Shown: one piece after another, positions 1-14,319 of the stretch
Position numbering within the stretch: position 1 is the stretch's first letter
Layout of the letters: each line of letters begins with the position of its first letter
NCBI RefSeq assembly: GCF_006345805.1
Contig: NW_021824655.1
Span: 1 to 61,706 of the forward strand
From: Octopus sinensis
Lineage: Eukaryota
DNA length: 61,706 nucleotides
Direction: 5' to 3'
Translations under genes and position numbers: made by a program
The notes under the pieces: generated by a model
The model's input: only the letters and a program-made list of their open reading frames with translations
The model's database searches: none
Told to the model about the DNA's origin: nothing

Positions 1-327
1 AATATATATTGTATATCTACATGCACAGGAATGGATATAGGAAAGGTGTATATAATAGATGTATAAATATGTCTATATATAAATACATGAATATATATAT
101 ATTTCTAATGATGATGACGATGATGATGATGATGATGATATCATTATTCAGTTTATACTTCCGTCGGAAGTAGAAATCATCACCTTAATTCCTGTTTAAA
201 TAGAGATGTCAGCACCTCACAATGACTGCCGATCGGACACAACATCATCATCACTGTCAACAACAGCAGGGCAGCAGCAACAACGACAACAACAACAACG
301 AGATCTTCACCAACAACACTTCATTTA

Positions 328-370
<43 letters not shown>

Positions 371-988
371 TACTACTACTACTACTACTACTACTGCTGC
401 TGCTGCTACTGCGGAATAGTTCTGCTCTGCCTTTTGTCATTTGTCTTAACTGATGTATTTTCAACATCCCATTACTTATCTGCCTCTCATATGTCTCTGT
501 GTGTGTGTGTTTGCACGTGTATGCGTTTGTGTGTGTGTGTGAATGTGTGTGTACAGATATTCTTTAGAATGTACGTAAATATAGTCATAATTACATACGA
601 ATAATGCCAATACATAGACACACATGTTTATACATGCGTGCATACATACAAATGCACACGCACACACTTCATATGTATGTATGATAAATACACTGATAGA
701 TATATACATATACATATAAACATACATATATGTATACATTTATATTATATATATATATGTGTGTCTCTATTATAAATATACACATTGTCTGCATTCACAT
801 ACATGTATACGTATGTATACATGTGAATACATGCATATATCTATAAATGTATGCCTGGTTATATTTGTGTATATATATGAAAATACCACACACACATATA
901 TATGCATAGTAATATATATTAATATATACACACACATATATCTATATATATATACATTATATATATATATATACATATATATATATAC

Positions 989-1032
<44 letters not shown>

Positions 1033-1437
1033 GTATATATGATATATATTATAATATATATATATATATATATATAATATATATTATATAATATATATAT
1101 ATATATTATATAATATATATATATTATTATAATATATATATATAATATATATTTATACATGCATTCATATATGCGTATAGAGAGATTGTGGCAGAGAGAG
1201 GAGAGAGAATGATGAGAAAGAGCCTTAATGTACATACACTCATATTAAAATACGGTTAAATATGTATATATGTTCGTATTTATAATTATATTTACATACA
1301 TTTATATATATGTGATATGTACACACATATACAATTATACATGATATACTGCATAATATATATGCATACATACATACATATTTATATATATATATACATT
1401 TATATATGTGTATATGTGTGAGCCTGTATATATATAT

Positions 1438-1503
<66 letters not shown>

Positions 1504-1575
1504 TAGATAGATAGATAGATAGATAGTAGATAGATAGATAGATAGAAGATAGATAGATATATACAACATATCTCT

Positions 1576-1607
<32 letters not shown>

Positions 1608-2072
1608 CTTTCACTCTCTCTCTCAATATATATATATAATGTATATATTCTATGTGTGTGTTTGTGTGTGTTACATACATATATATATACATTTAATTAC
1701 GTATACAATATATGTGCATGTGTATTTTCGTTTGCGGTACTGTGTTACTTTTTCCGCTGGATTCGTTTGTTTATGTTCAATTAAAATGCGAGCAGTTAGC
1801 ATGTGTCATTATGAAAAACGTATATAGGCTGTGTAAAAAGAGAGTAATTGGATAGAAGTAGGAGGAAAATGGAATTGGGCGGGAGGAGAGGGAAGAGAGG
1901 TGAGAGATATGAGAAGGGAGGGAGGGAGAGAGGGATAAGTGGGGAAGTATGAGAAGAAAATTAGACAACGATGGTCTTTAATGAAGGAATGTGTATACAT
2001 ACGCACAAACGCACTCCCTCACACACACACACACACACACACACATGTATATAGTCACAATTGTATATATAT

Positions 2073-2124
<52 letters not shown>

Positions 2125-2149
2125 ATATAATCACAAACACACATACATG

Positions 2150-2180
<31 letters not shown>

Positions 2181-2237
2181 TTGTGCGTGTGCACATGCAT
2201 ATATGTATGTATATATGTATATATATGTATACCTATA

Positions 2238-2271
<34 letters not shown>

Positions 2272-2417
2272 CATATATACATATATGCATACATATATAT
2301 ACATATATACATATATTTATGTATATATGTATATATATGTATGCATATATGTATATATATATGTACATTTATATACATACATACATATATAAAGATATAT
2401 ATAAATGTGTGTGTGTG

Positions 2418-2651
2418 TGCTTTATTTAAAAGCAGCAGAAATGCAGAAATATAACAAAAGCTGTTACTCAGAGTTTCACGCTCCGTTCGTCGGACAGTTT
2501 TTTTTTACGAAACTGTCCGACCAACGGGAACGTGAAACTCTGAGTAACAGCTATTGTTATATTTCTACTGCTTTTAAATAAAGCATATTACTATACCTCT
2601 GATATCGGAATACTCTTTTTTCCACCTTGTTTTACATTTACGTGCTGACTC

Positions 2652-2654
<3 letters not shown>
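2418..2654 (+). mobile_element. Short Penelope-type terminal-repeat remnant with an inverted 5' arm (~170-bp palindrome 2418-2585)
   Basis: Left arm tgctttatttaaaagcag...gctgttactcagagtttcacg...gtcggacagttt is the reverse complement of right arm aaactgtccgac...cgtgaaactctgagtaacagct...ctgcttttaaataaagca. It contains CGAAACTGTC (hammerhead 3' half-like) and ends in (TA)n. Confidence 0.55.
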
Positions 2655-2699
<45 letters not shown>

Positions 2700-2915
2700 T
2701 ATATTATATGTATATCAAATAAAATCAAAAACAGGACACAAAGGATGTCTCCCTGAAAAAGTGTATTTGTAAAATTTCATAACTAAATAAGCGTATAATA
2801 ACTACACATGGCTAAACACAAAGAGAGAAGGGGCGGGGAGAAGAGGAGCGAAAGAGGTAGGTTGACTGAGAATAGGAGACGGAGGGAAGGAGAATGGTTA
2901 GCGTGAGAGTAAGAG

Positions 2916-2968
<53 letters not shown>

Positions 2969-3004
2969 GTAGAGTTAGAAAAGGAGAGATTAGTATTATT
3001 ATTA

Positions 3005-3005
<1 letters not shown>

Positions 3006-3036
<31 letters not shown>

Positions 3037-3140
3037 GAGTGAGAGAGTAGTGCATACCATCAAAGTGACACTGGGATAAAATATAGGAAGTCCAGTATTA
3101 CCATCATGACTACCCGTCTGATAAGGGTACACTAGGCACA
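3006..3140 (-). repeat. Interspersed repeat 3' tail ending in (AAT)n; matches the 3' end of 12700-13165
   Basis: Reverse complement catgtgcctagtgtacccttatcagacgggtagtcatgatgg...ctctctcactcaataat is nearly identical to ~13048-13165. Confidence 0.75.
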
Positions 3141-3170
3141 TGAGTATTATTATCATTTTCATTATTATTA

Positions 3171-3231
<61 letters not shown>

Positions 3232-3232
<1 letters not shown>

Positions 3233-3400
3233 GTTTGACTTTTGCATTGTATTCGTTGAAGTTGACTCGAAGTCTCACCCAGAGACCTCATGAGACAAGT
3301 TAGACGTTTGTGTTGGTGTTATGTCTAGGTTATCCTACATTTGGTTTTGCACATAGTATTATTGTTCAAGAAAATGCTTAAGAAAGCACAAGAAAATTAT
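3232..3400 (-). mobile_element. Probable 3' UTR of an R4/Dong-type non-LTR retrotransposon ending in (TAA)n
   Basis: Minus strand ...catgaggtctctgggtgagacttcgagtcaacttcaacgaatacaatgcaaaagtcaaacat runs into (TAA)n; lies downstream of the R4-like coding remnant at 3960-4462. Confidence 0.45.
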
Positions 3401-3580
3401 GAATTTGTTTCATCATCATCATCATCATCATCATCATATGAAAACTTACAGTTTAAATTGCTGGGTATGATGGGAAGTGTCAGCTGCCCCCCCCCCCCCC
3501 CCAGCAGACTAAGGTGACACTTGTTTACTGGCCATGCTCTTCAAAAACCCTATAGTGAATTTTTGCAGTTCCAAGTTATA

Positions 3581-3726
3581 CTCTCTTTTACTCTATTACT
3601 TGTTTCAGTCATTTGACTGCGGGCATGCCAAACCGCTAAGTGACGGGGACGTAAACACACCAGTATCGATTGTCAAGCAATGCTAGTGGGACAAATACAG
3701 ACACACAAACACACACACACATATAT

Positions 3727-3770
<44 letters not shown>

Positions 3771-3945
3771 CATACATATATACGACGAGCTTCTTTCAGT
3801 TTCCGTCTACCAAATCCTCTCACAAGGCATTGGTCGGCCCGAGGCTATAGCAGAAGACACTTGCTCAAGATGCCACGCAATGGGACTGAACCCGGAAGCA
3901 TGTGGTTGGTAAGAAAGCTACTTACCACACAGCCACTCCTGCACC
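3581..3945 (-). mobile_element. tRNA-derived SINE, family A (internal (TA)n/(TG)n microsatellite)
   Basis: Reverse complement matches 30281-30700: head ggtgcaggagtggctgtgtggtaag, body gcctcgggccgacc...ggaaactgaaagaagc, tail gcagtcaaatgactgaaacaagtaatagag. Confidence 0.85.
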
Positions 3946-3959
3946 TATGTTGATTTTTG

Positions 3960-4462
3960 CAGGTGTTCTATCTTTGCAATAGTTCCAATCTCTTTGAGTT
4001 TTCGTTGGTAGTTGGGTAGTGATACTTCCGAGCGATATTTAAGTCTGTCTTTGTACTGTCCCCACATTCTTCACCTTAATGGGAAATAAAATATTGATAT
4101 TACGTCTGCTTTCTTCATTACGTAAAACCTGTCTATTCCCCACTTCACTTCAGCGTAGAGACGTTCACTTTTACTTCTTTCTCTTCGATCCTATTGTCAC
4201 CAGGATCCGCCATATCGGTTGTCAGGCATGTTTTTTTTTTAATTTTTTGTTCCTTTTTGTTCACCAAAAACAATGTCAAGCTTTCGTTGTCTAATCTGAT
4301 GGTCACGACGAATCATTGCATCCCATAGGATTTTGCAATTCTCATTCTCAGTAAATCCTTCTGGAATTTGGTCAAACCACGTCTTTGAGCTTTCTAGATC
4401 ATAATTTGCCACAGAGCTCCCAATGGATTACTCTTGCCACATTGTCATGCCACCTTTGGTAT
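3960..4462 (-). mobile_element. Degenerate R4/Dong-clade LINE fragment (C-terminal restriction-like endonuclease region)
   Basis: Minus-strand translation with frameshifts: EYQRWHDNVARVIHWELCGK/DLESSKTWFDQIPEGFTENENCKILWDAMIRRDHQIRQRKLDIV...KIEHLQKST. The H-D-x-VA-x2-IHW and ENE-x2-KILWD motifs are typical of R4/Dong/Rex6. Abuts (ATT)n. Confidence 0.8.
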
Positions 4463-4467
4463 TCACG

Positions 4468-4509
<42 letters not shown>

Positions 4510-4629
4510 GCTATTTTTATTATTATCATCATCATCATCGTCATCATCATCATCAGCTTCCCCCTACTCCTCATCATCACCATCATCATCAACATCATCA
4601 TCATCATTACAGTCGTGCGAAATGTTTTA

Positions 4630-5645
<1,016 letters not shown>

Positions 5646-6100
5646 AATGGTTAAAGGACAGACAGAAATAAGAGGGAAAAAATACTTACAAAATGGAAAA
5701 ATATAAATTTAAATAAAACTGTAAAGAAAATTATAAAAGAGAGACAGAGAAAGAAAGAGAATAAAGAATAAAAAGTAATACATCACAAATGTATACATAT
5801 TCATACACATGCATATACACCCTTACATTTACAAATGATCAACAACAAAAAAAGAAAGAAAAATGACAAATACAAATAGAAATTTCAAGCACAACAACAT
5901 CCACAACAATAACAAAAACAAGGAACTATCCTGTGTCTTCAGTTTTTCATTGTTTTTCAGTTCTTTTTAATGTTTTTTTTTTCAATTTTATATTGACGTT
6001 TTCGTTAATTAAATAATTAATTAATAATGATAATGGTAATAATAATAAAATAGAACAAAACGAAACAATTTCAAGAAGAATTTATATTTGAGAAAGCAAA
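5646..6100 (+). other. Probable proximal 3' UTR of NK1 with several AATAAA hexamers; true end unknown
   Basis: A-rich sequence after the stop codon with AATAAA near 5712 and 5760-5773; no transcript evidence is available. Confidence 0.4.
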
Positions 6101-7452
6101 ATATTGAAATCCAATGGAAGAACTTTGCAAAACAACAACAATAGTAACAACCACAATTCAAGGAAGTGTAATGACAACACGAACAACAACAACAACATTA
6201 ATAGCAGGAACAGCAGCAGTAGCAGCAGTAGCAGCAGCAGGGGTAGCATCATCATCACGAGCATAGCCATAACAGCAGCATTACCAAAACCTATGAACAT
6301 TTTAAACACAAAATTATGACAATCAAATAAAACATATTTATCGATGATTATAATTAAATATTTAATTAATAAAGCCTCTGAGAATGTAATTATCACAAAT
6401 ATGAGCATTCGAAAAGATTGCATAGGCGAAACACAACGGAAACCATGACAAGAACAACAACAAAAAACAACAACAACAACAACAACATTAACAGCAACAA
6501 GAAAAAAACAGCAAGCATAGGAGACTGTGCAGGGTCGCTCTTTCTGCTAGAAATAACAGTCAAATCTCCCTGAAATCAGATTTTACAGTGTTAATTGTAT
6601 AACGTGGTACCATGTACAATGTTTTTGGGGAACAGACAGAACGGTCAATGATTGGAATATCTTTGACCATAGCTGCGTCTGCCCTATCGTCTGCTCTATC
6701 AGGGCTGACCTAAACGAAACGACAGCAATAATTTAACAGTTTCTGATATTAAATCTGTATAATTTGATGAACTTGTTGAAATTTTGAAGAAGTGAAAAGA
6801 TTTTTCCACAGACTTCGCAACAGAATTAATTAGAATGTTCAAAATCTTTTGTAATTGGACAGTGAGTGCTGGTCATTAAAACAGAAAAGGCCGCGTCTCG
6901 AAACATTGGTGGAACGCTCCTTATGTTTGAATTGTATTTACTCAGCGATAGATTTTCTCTTATTTTAGGTGAGTCACTCATATTACTGAAATACAACTAC
7001 AACCACAGCAATAACAGCTACAACAACAACAACTAAAAAAGATTTCATTTAAACATGGAAGACTAGCTGAGTGAAAATATTGAGTCGCTTTTTATTTTTT
7101 GTCACACAGAAAAACGATATAAATTAACGACAATTAAATTAAACGGAATCAACAAAATAATAAAATGTTGCCAGATTGGATGAACAATGAAACAAAATTC
7201 TAACACCACCAAAAACAACAATAAACAAAAGTCAAAGCAAACATTCACAGAGGAACACACACGTGCACACACACACGCGCTTAAACACATACACACACAC
7301 AAGCATGGACACCCATATTTGTAATACATAATCCAAGACACAGTAACGAAAACGGTTAAAAGACCTGCGAATAAACAATTGAACAATAATGAATAAATAC
7401 AATGCACACGGAGAAAAGTAGGAAAAAACACAATTTAATAATAATAATAATA

Positions 7453-7495
<43 letters not shown>

Positions 7496-8686
7496 TTTCC
7501 GCTCGCCAAGACGAAGGAAAATTCCCATGACCCTTTTTTAATTCGGGAAGAAATCCAAAGACTCATTATTAACTCTTAAGATTGTACAAATCGTTTGTAT
7601 AAATACAAGTAAAACTTGATCTTGTTTCTACGCAGTTGCTCTCCTTGCTAGAAATGTGAGAGAAATTTCTCTGGGAGGAAACACAAACTTTTAACAAATA
7701 CACACACGGACACACAAAAAGAAATTTTGTATATATACGAGTGAGTGAAAAACGGTGGAACACCTTTAAAACACACGAAAGATGTGGTTTATAAATTCTG
7801 CCCCGGCAGTAAACAGTAGTAACAATAACAAGAACAAAAATTATTCCAACATTTCTAATGTTTTTTTTTTTGAAACAAAACAGATATCAACCAGTTCAAT
7901 CCTGCTGCTACGGAATTGACAAACGTATCGCGCAGCTTTAATACGCAAACGAAAATGATAACATCATCATTATCATCAGCAACAAGAACAACAACAGCAA
8001 CAATAATAACGATAATAATTATAATAATAATAACGAAAAAGAAAAACGTTTGTTTATATGCCATAAGGGCGAAAAATTAAGGGACATTACGAGGACAGAG
8101 TATTGAAAAAATATATGAAAACGGTGAATAATAATAATAATTTTAATTATAATTATAATTATAATAAAACAATAATAACAGTTATAAAACAATAATAAAC
8201 ACATGAACAAAATGGCGGAAAATGTGGAGAAAGGACGTTCTCTCGCACGCATAAAATGTGAAAACATAAATGTAGTTATACGGATGAAATTATATGGAAA
8301 TTGCAATATAGACATCGGGGGTTTGCAATGGGGTGGGATATATTTGGTTTGGTTTTTTGCCAATTTATTTTACATTTTTTTCATTCTTTTATCATGTTTT
8401 TTTTTTTAAATTGTGATGTGTAAATTTGCTTGGGACAATGTTTGTGAGAGCGATCCTTGCACTACATATTGCATAACATACTGAAGTAAAAATATGAAAT
8501 ATGACGAAGAAAAGAAAATAAAAATTTTAAAAATTGGGAATGTTGTTTCTGAAATGAATTCTTTAAAAAAAATTATTTTATTTCTATTTGTACTTTATTG
8601 TTATTTCCTTTTTATTTTTCTTTATGACTTTTCCTATATTTCAAAATATTTAAATATATAACCTATACATGTGTGTGTGTGAGTTT

Positions 8687-8738
<52 letters not shown>

Positions 8739-9048
8739 GCCGTTGTCTTAGAATGGCATTGCATATACTAATAGTATCACTAAAATAGGGAAAACACCCT
8801 TTATCGTAGGGATTCTGAATTCTGAGTCATGATGAGCAGAGACAACCTTGATTATTGCTCTAATTTCATAGATAACCGCAGTCTCTTTGAGCTTCCTCGT
8901 TGACAATGGTATTTCTGACATGCCATCTATGACCTCTCTGATGACTGTTCAGTTCAGTTGCAAACCTGCATGGTTTGAAGTATAGGTCACAGACGAAAGT
9001 TGTAACTGCCACTGAAATAGGATTCCAAATTTGCTGGTCTACCAGTGA

Positions 9049-9200
9049 GTGGAGGCACGTGGCGTAGTGGTCAGGGTTTTGGACTCATGATCGTAAGATT
9101 GTGGTTTCCTTTCCTGGACCGGGTGATGTGCTTGTTCTTGAGTAAAACATTTCATTTTACGGTGCTCCAGTCCAGGAGGGGCTGGGGGAATATATACGCC
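9049..9200 (+). mobile_element. tRNA-derived SINE head, related to family C
   Basis: gtggaggcacgtggcgtagtggtcagggttttggactcatgatcgtaag resembles the head at 31684 (A-box-like TGGCGTAGTGG). Confidence 0.6.
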
Positions 9201-9204
9201 GGAA

Positions 9205-9620
9205 ACCGGCCCTACCAATGCGCTGTGCACTGGAAAACGCCCTCAGTCCATGTAACCAAAAACAGTACGAAGGCTGCCTAAAAAACAACCTAAGAGAAAT
9301 GCAGATCAATGTAAAACACTGGGATGCATTAACTTTGGAATGGGTTGAATAAATGAAGTGTATAAAGAGGAAGGTTGTAAAAATTTTGAAGAGGATCACC
9401 TTCAGCACGACAGCCTAAAGTGTTGGCTCCGGAGATGCTGTCACCAGAACCTCAGTGGAATCAGAAAATGTTGGAGATATGAAACCTGTGGCCGTTTCCA
9501 AGTATGCGTATGTCAACCACCTGAAATCTCATGAAAGATGAACTGTATACACCGTCCTTTCAACGTGATTTCGACGTGTGTATTGTGTTTGAAGAGGCAT
9601 ATGATGATTCACAGGTAACG
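9205..9620 (+). mobile_element. RTE-clade LINE 3' end remnant
   Basis: Translates to NQKQYEGCLKNNLREMQINVKHWDALTLEW...EEGCKNFEEDHLQH...ETCGR...YVNHLKSHER*. This fits the RTE/BovB C-terminus with a degenerate C2H2 finger. Confidence 0.7.
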
Positions 9621-9898
9621 TATCCCGCAGTGGTACCTACCTATCTACATACCCACTCACCTACCTACCCACATACATACATGCATACTTACACACACAT
9701 ACATACGTTCTTAACTTCGTACGTACATACCTACATACAAACACATACATGCCTCACTACGTATGTTCGTACGTACGTACGTACGTACGTACATCCCTGC
9801 CTACCTATCTACCTATCTACCTACCTTCATACATACATACATACATACATACATACATACATACATACATACATACATACATACATACATACATACGG

Positions 9899-10206
9899 GA
9901 TACAGCACTTTGGTCTATAACACCTTGGTCAAAACCACTTGAGTCTAAGACACTTTGAACTAAAGATACTTTCGTCTAAGTATTTTCGTCTAACAACAAA
10001 AAGGATTGAATATAGTTATTTAGATCTTTTACATTATTATAGATTCTATGGAAAAAAATAGTTATTAGACCGAGGTGAATTTAGATAAATATGTCTTTAT
10101 ACTAAAGAGCATTTAGACAAAAAATAGCCGATAGTCTATTTATACAAAAGTCACTTTGGACCATAGCGCATTAGACCGAATTGTTTTAGACGAATAGTCC
10201 TTCATC
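9899..10206. mobile_element. MITE/foldback-like element with ~15-bp subterminal repeats in opposite orientation at each end
   Basis: Left end has tandem cactttggtctataa/cacttgagtctaag/tactttcgtctaag units; right end has inverse units ttagaccgaggtg/ttagaccgaattg/ttagacgaatagtcc. Termini gatacagcactttggtcta and rc gatgaaggactattcgtcta are similar. Confidence 0.55.
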
Positions 10207-10417
10207 TATACATACATACATTCATATATCAACACCAGAAATATTGGTGGAACATATCCATCAAAATTTCTACCAAGTACAAAAAAAAAAAAGAATGACA
10301 AGTGGAATATTGATTTTTGAGTGCACAAACAAGAAAAAGTATGTATATCAAAGAAATCAACGGGCTTGCGGATATGATTACCACTTGGAAACTCAAAGAG
10401 AAACCACTATTCATACC

Positions 10418-10465
<48 letters not shown>

Positions 10466-10469
10466 CATA

Positions 10470-10529
<60 letters not shown>

Positions 10530-10571
10530 GTAATAATAATAATAATAATAAAAATAATAATAATAATACTG

Positions 10572-10745
10572 AAGGCGGCCAGCTGGCAGAAACGTTACCA
10601 CGCCGGGCGAAATTTCCGCCGAGGTCGACTTTGCCTTTCATCCTTTCGAGCTCGATAAATTAAGTACCAGTTGAGTACTGGGGTCGAACTAATCGACTGT
10701 CTCTCTCCCCCAAAATTTCGGGCCTTTTGCCTAGAGTAGAAAAGA
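10572..10745 (+). mobile_element. SINE family B
   Basis: gaaggcggccagctggcagaaacgtta...ccgaggtcgactttgcctttcatcc...gagtagaaaaga. Confidence 0.85.
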
Positions 10746-10799
10746 TTATTACTACTAATAATGTTAATCATTTCTACTGAAAACACTAAAATTTTGGGG

Positions 10800-10975
10800 G
10801 AGGGGACTAATCGATTACATCGACCCTAGTGGTTGACTGTTATTTAATTTATCGCCCCCGGAAGGATGAAAGAAAAAGTCGACCATGATGGAATTTGAAC
10901 TCAGAACATGCAGACGGACGAAATGGCGCTAAACATTTTGCCCAGCCTGCTAACGATTCTGCCAGCTTGCCGCCT
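10800..10975 (-). mobile_element. SINE family B, tail-to-tail with the 10572 copy
   Basis: Reverse complement ggcggcaagctggcagaatcgttagcaggctgggc...ttctgagttcaaattcc... Confidence 0.8.
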
Positions 10976-10990
10976 GACTACTACTACTAT

Positions 10991-11089
<99 letters not shown>

Positions 11090-11184
11090 CAACAACAATA
11101 ATAACAATAATAAAAACAATAATGGTTCTAAATTTTGCCTCAAGGACAGAAATTTTTAGAAAAGGGTTGAGACGATCTCGAAAG

Positions 11185-11280
11185 ATGAAAAGCAAAGTCG
11201 ACCTCGGTGGTGTTTGATCTCAAGAAGTGCCGCTAAGCATTTCGCCTGGCGTGTTAACGATTCTGCCAGCTCGCCGCCAT
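11185..11280 (-). mobile_element. SINE family B fragment
   Basis: rc atggcggcgagctggcagaatcgttaacacgccaggcgaaatgcttagcggc. Confidence 0.75.
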
Positions 11281-11902
11281 AGTAGTAGTAGTCGTAGTAG
11301 TAGTCGTAGTAGTAGTAATAATAATGTTAATGATAATATCAATAATAAAATGTGAGTAGATGTCAAGGTAAGAATGCGGAAAAGCTAGGGTTTTAGGAAA
11401 TGAAATCAACCAGCTGACACGTACATCACAAATACAAACTATAAGCGGAACAGTAATAATGTGGAAGAGTTTTCTAAGGTTCAAAAGGTGACATTGTTTT
11501 CGTTATTTACCTCCCAAAGATAGAGCTTTGTATCTTTGTTGGAAACCAGTTACTTCCTTATAAGAAGTCTTCAAATAATTAAAAGTAAAACAGAGAATGG
11601 TTATGTACATACATAGATAATACAAACATGCATACATACACAGAGGTCCCCCTACATGGCCTTGCTATTTGCTTTTGAGCCAAATTAACTAACTAACTAA
11701 CTAACTAACACGTACATACGTATTGTCTTGCGTACATCAGGTAAATACATGTATAATTATGAAAAACAATGTATTTCAATGAACCATTATGGGTATGCAA
11801 ATATGTAACTGTAATTATATACGCGTAATTGTCTCTGTTGTCTGAGTGTAGTTGAATACATGTTTTATTTTTCTTTTGTGCATGCATTTCAGGATAACGG
11901 TA

Positions 11903-12136
11903 GGCGGCGAGCTGGTAGATACGTTAGCACGCCGGGCGAAATGCTTAGTGGCATTTCGTCTGCGGTTACATTCTGAGTTCAAATTCCGCCGAGGTCGACT
12001 TTGCCTTTCATCCTTTCGGGGTCGATTAAATAAGTACTAGTTACACACTGGGGTCGATATAATCGACTTAATTCGTTTGTCTGTCCTTGTTTGTCTTCTC
12101 TGTGTTTAGCCCCTAGTGGGTAGAAAAGAAATAGGT
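11903..12136 (+). mobile_element. SINE family B, near full length
   Basis: tRNA-like head ggcggcgagctggtagatacgttagcacgccgggcgaaatgc, B-box-like gagttcaaattcc, conserved core gcctttcatcctttcggggtcgattaaataagtac. Confidence 0.88.
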
Positions 12137-12521
12137 ATATATACATGTTGATTTTACGTCGAGAGGAAAACGTGAAAATCACGTAATTTTGTATATAATA
12201 AAGATAATAGCAAAAAAATAAAAGGCAAAAAATGAATTAAAATGATCTGTAAGATGAGGTGAAATAAATGATGGAAATACTTTGCCGGTTGCAGAAAACG
12301 CAGATGTTACGCAGAGGTATTAGAAGTTCTTCTCTTCAATCCATCGGAATATCGGAAATCTTTCCCTATCATCAGTTGCTATCTTGGAGTCGTAAGCGTT
12401 TCACCTATTAACTGCTACATGGCACCTAACTGGGGCAACGAGGGCTGAATTAATCTGGGTAAAAATTTCAACCAAGCGTTCTTTTGTCAGTCACAGCTGT
12501 ATTTAATTGGTTTTAACTGAC

Positions 12522-13165
12522 AGAATTGTTAGCACGCCGGGCTAAAAGCTTAGTGACATTTCGTCTGTCTTTAAGTTCTGAGTTAGAATTCTGCCGATGT
12601 TGACTTTGTCTTTCTTAATTTTGGGGTCGATAAATTAAGTACCAGTGAAATTCTGAGATTGGTGTAATCGACCATCCCCTCCCTCAAATTTCTGCGGTAT
12701 AAAAGATGGGCTACAGCAAATATTCTGCTCAATACCACAGATTTGCTTGTCCGTTGTTTGACCTTAACCAGTTGAGCATGTCCATTAGTGTCTGACGACA
12801 TGTGCATCTCTGATCAGGAGCAGAAGTAGTAGGGGATCATCATAGCCATGTGTTGAGAGGGATTCTTTGTGGTTTGAATAATTCACCTTTGGAAACATGG
12901 GTGTTTCGTTCAACATCCTTAATCAAGGGCCTTTTGAGCAGGATGGGCTACTCGACCAGAAGAAAGTCCTAACTGAGCCCCACCTGCAAGGTCATACGCT
13001 GTTTATCTTGATATGAGATCACAATGTCGCACACATATGGTTGTGATGCATGTGCCTAGTGTACCCTTATCAGACGGGTAGTAATGATGGGTATACTGGG
13101 CTTCGTATATTTTACCCCAGTGTTACTTTGATGGCATGCACTGCTCTCTCACTCAATAATAATAA
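12522..13165 (+). mobile_element. SINE family B (12522-12690) followed directly by a ~460-bp repeat whose 3' end matches 3006-3140 and ends in (AAT)n
   Basis: SINE B motifs are present; the 3' ~115 bp is duplicated, inverted, at 3006-3140. Confidence 0.65.
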
Positions 13166-13484
13166 TATTTTAAAAGGATTGACGTAACTCTTCACAAAGC
13201 TAAATAGTCAATACGAAGGACGCGATGTGATTGCAATGGATATTTTATTGGTTGAACGGTTCTTTTTGCCACTTCTAAAATTGAACTTTGAAAAGTGATG
13301 AGGTCATTGCATCAGCGTGTGAACGCTGGTTGCTCTCGCTCATCTATTGGATTTGAATTTCTATAATTTTGAATTTTTATCACTTTTCATTTTGAACTCG
13401 ACAAAGACAGGCTTGCTGTCGAAATATCGTTCAACCAAGAAAATATCTTTTGCAATCGCATCGCGCTCTTCGTATTGTCGGTCG

Positions 13485-13745
13485 ATGAAAAAGGTGGTAG
13501 TGGTACCAATAATTGTCGGAGCCCTGGGAACAGTGAGTAAAAATCTCGAGAAGCACATGGAACAAATAGGGGCTGAATTAAGGGTGGAGCACTTGCAGAA
13601 AACAGCACTGATTGGAACCGCTCGAATTCTCCGGATGGTTCTCGAAAAATAAGAGGTGTTACCTTAGTTCACTGACAGTGAACAGCTGACGTCGTAGTAC
13701 ATCTCCAGCGTTAGATGCTGTGCAAAGGTAATGAAGTTAATAATA
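13485..13745 (+). mobile_element. R4/Dong-clade LINE extreme C-terminus and 3' UTR
   Basis: MKKVVVVPIIVGALGTVSKNLEKHMEQIGAELRVEHLQKTALIGTARILRMVLEK*: PIxxGALG and LQKxALxGTARILRxVL motifs of RLE-type LINEs. Confidence 0.85.
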
Positions 13746-14039
13746 AATTATACTAATACATAACCAAAAAACTTACAAATGTATTATCAAAAGCATACAA
13801 ACAAATATATAATCAAAAGACCTGGACATACGAATATATATAACATACAGGGAATAGCACTGCTAGGCACCACACACATCCTACGTAAAGCAGTTTCAAA
13901 ACAGGAAAAATAACAGTACTAAAACAAATCACAGCATCTACCCAGGGGAAATAAGAACTAAGAAAAAGTTGTATTATAGTAATTCCTACATGAAAACGAG
14001 ACTAGAGGAAGTTTACATTAAGTCGATTACATTAAGCCC

Positions 14040-14175
14040 AGCGTTTTACTGGTACTTAATTTATCTCGAAAGGAGGAAGGTCAAAGTTGGAATATGAACT
14101 CAGAACGGAAAGACGGACGAAATGCCGCTAAGCATATTGCCCGGCGTGCTAACGATTCTGCCAGCTCACCGCCTT
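14040..14175 (-). mobile_element. SINE family B
   Basis: rc aaaggcggtgagctggcagaatcgttagcacgccgggcaatatgcttagcggcatttcgtcc. Confidence 0.8.
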
Positions 14176-14216
14176 TGATGATGATGATGATGATGATGAT
14201 AATAATAATAATAATG

Positions 14217-14293
<77 letters not shown>

Positions 14294-14319
14294 TAATAAT
14301 AATAAATAATAATAATAAA

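Noticed and set aside
152-420. Q/H/N/T-rich stretch that could be an upstream NK1 exon
   Set aside because: Every frame hits stops, there is no convincing donor site and no eh1/TN motif; it cannot be distinguished from cryptic simple sequence.
476-2454. Many overlapping 60-120 aa ORFs (also 18683-19330, 49469-53561, 60171-61486)
   Set aside because: Translations of (TA)n/(CA)n/(TACA)n microsatellites with no protein motifs.
6082-6423. Short ORFs on both strands downstream of NK1
   Set aside because: AAC/AGC cryptic repeats in the probable 3' UTR or flank.
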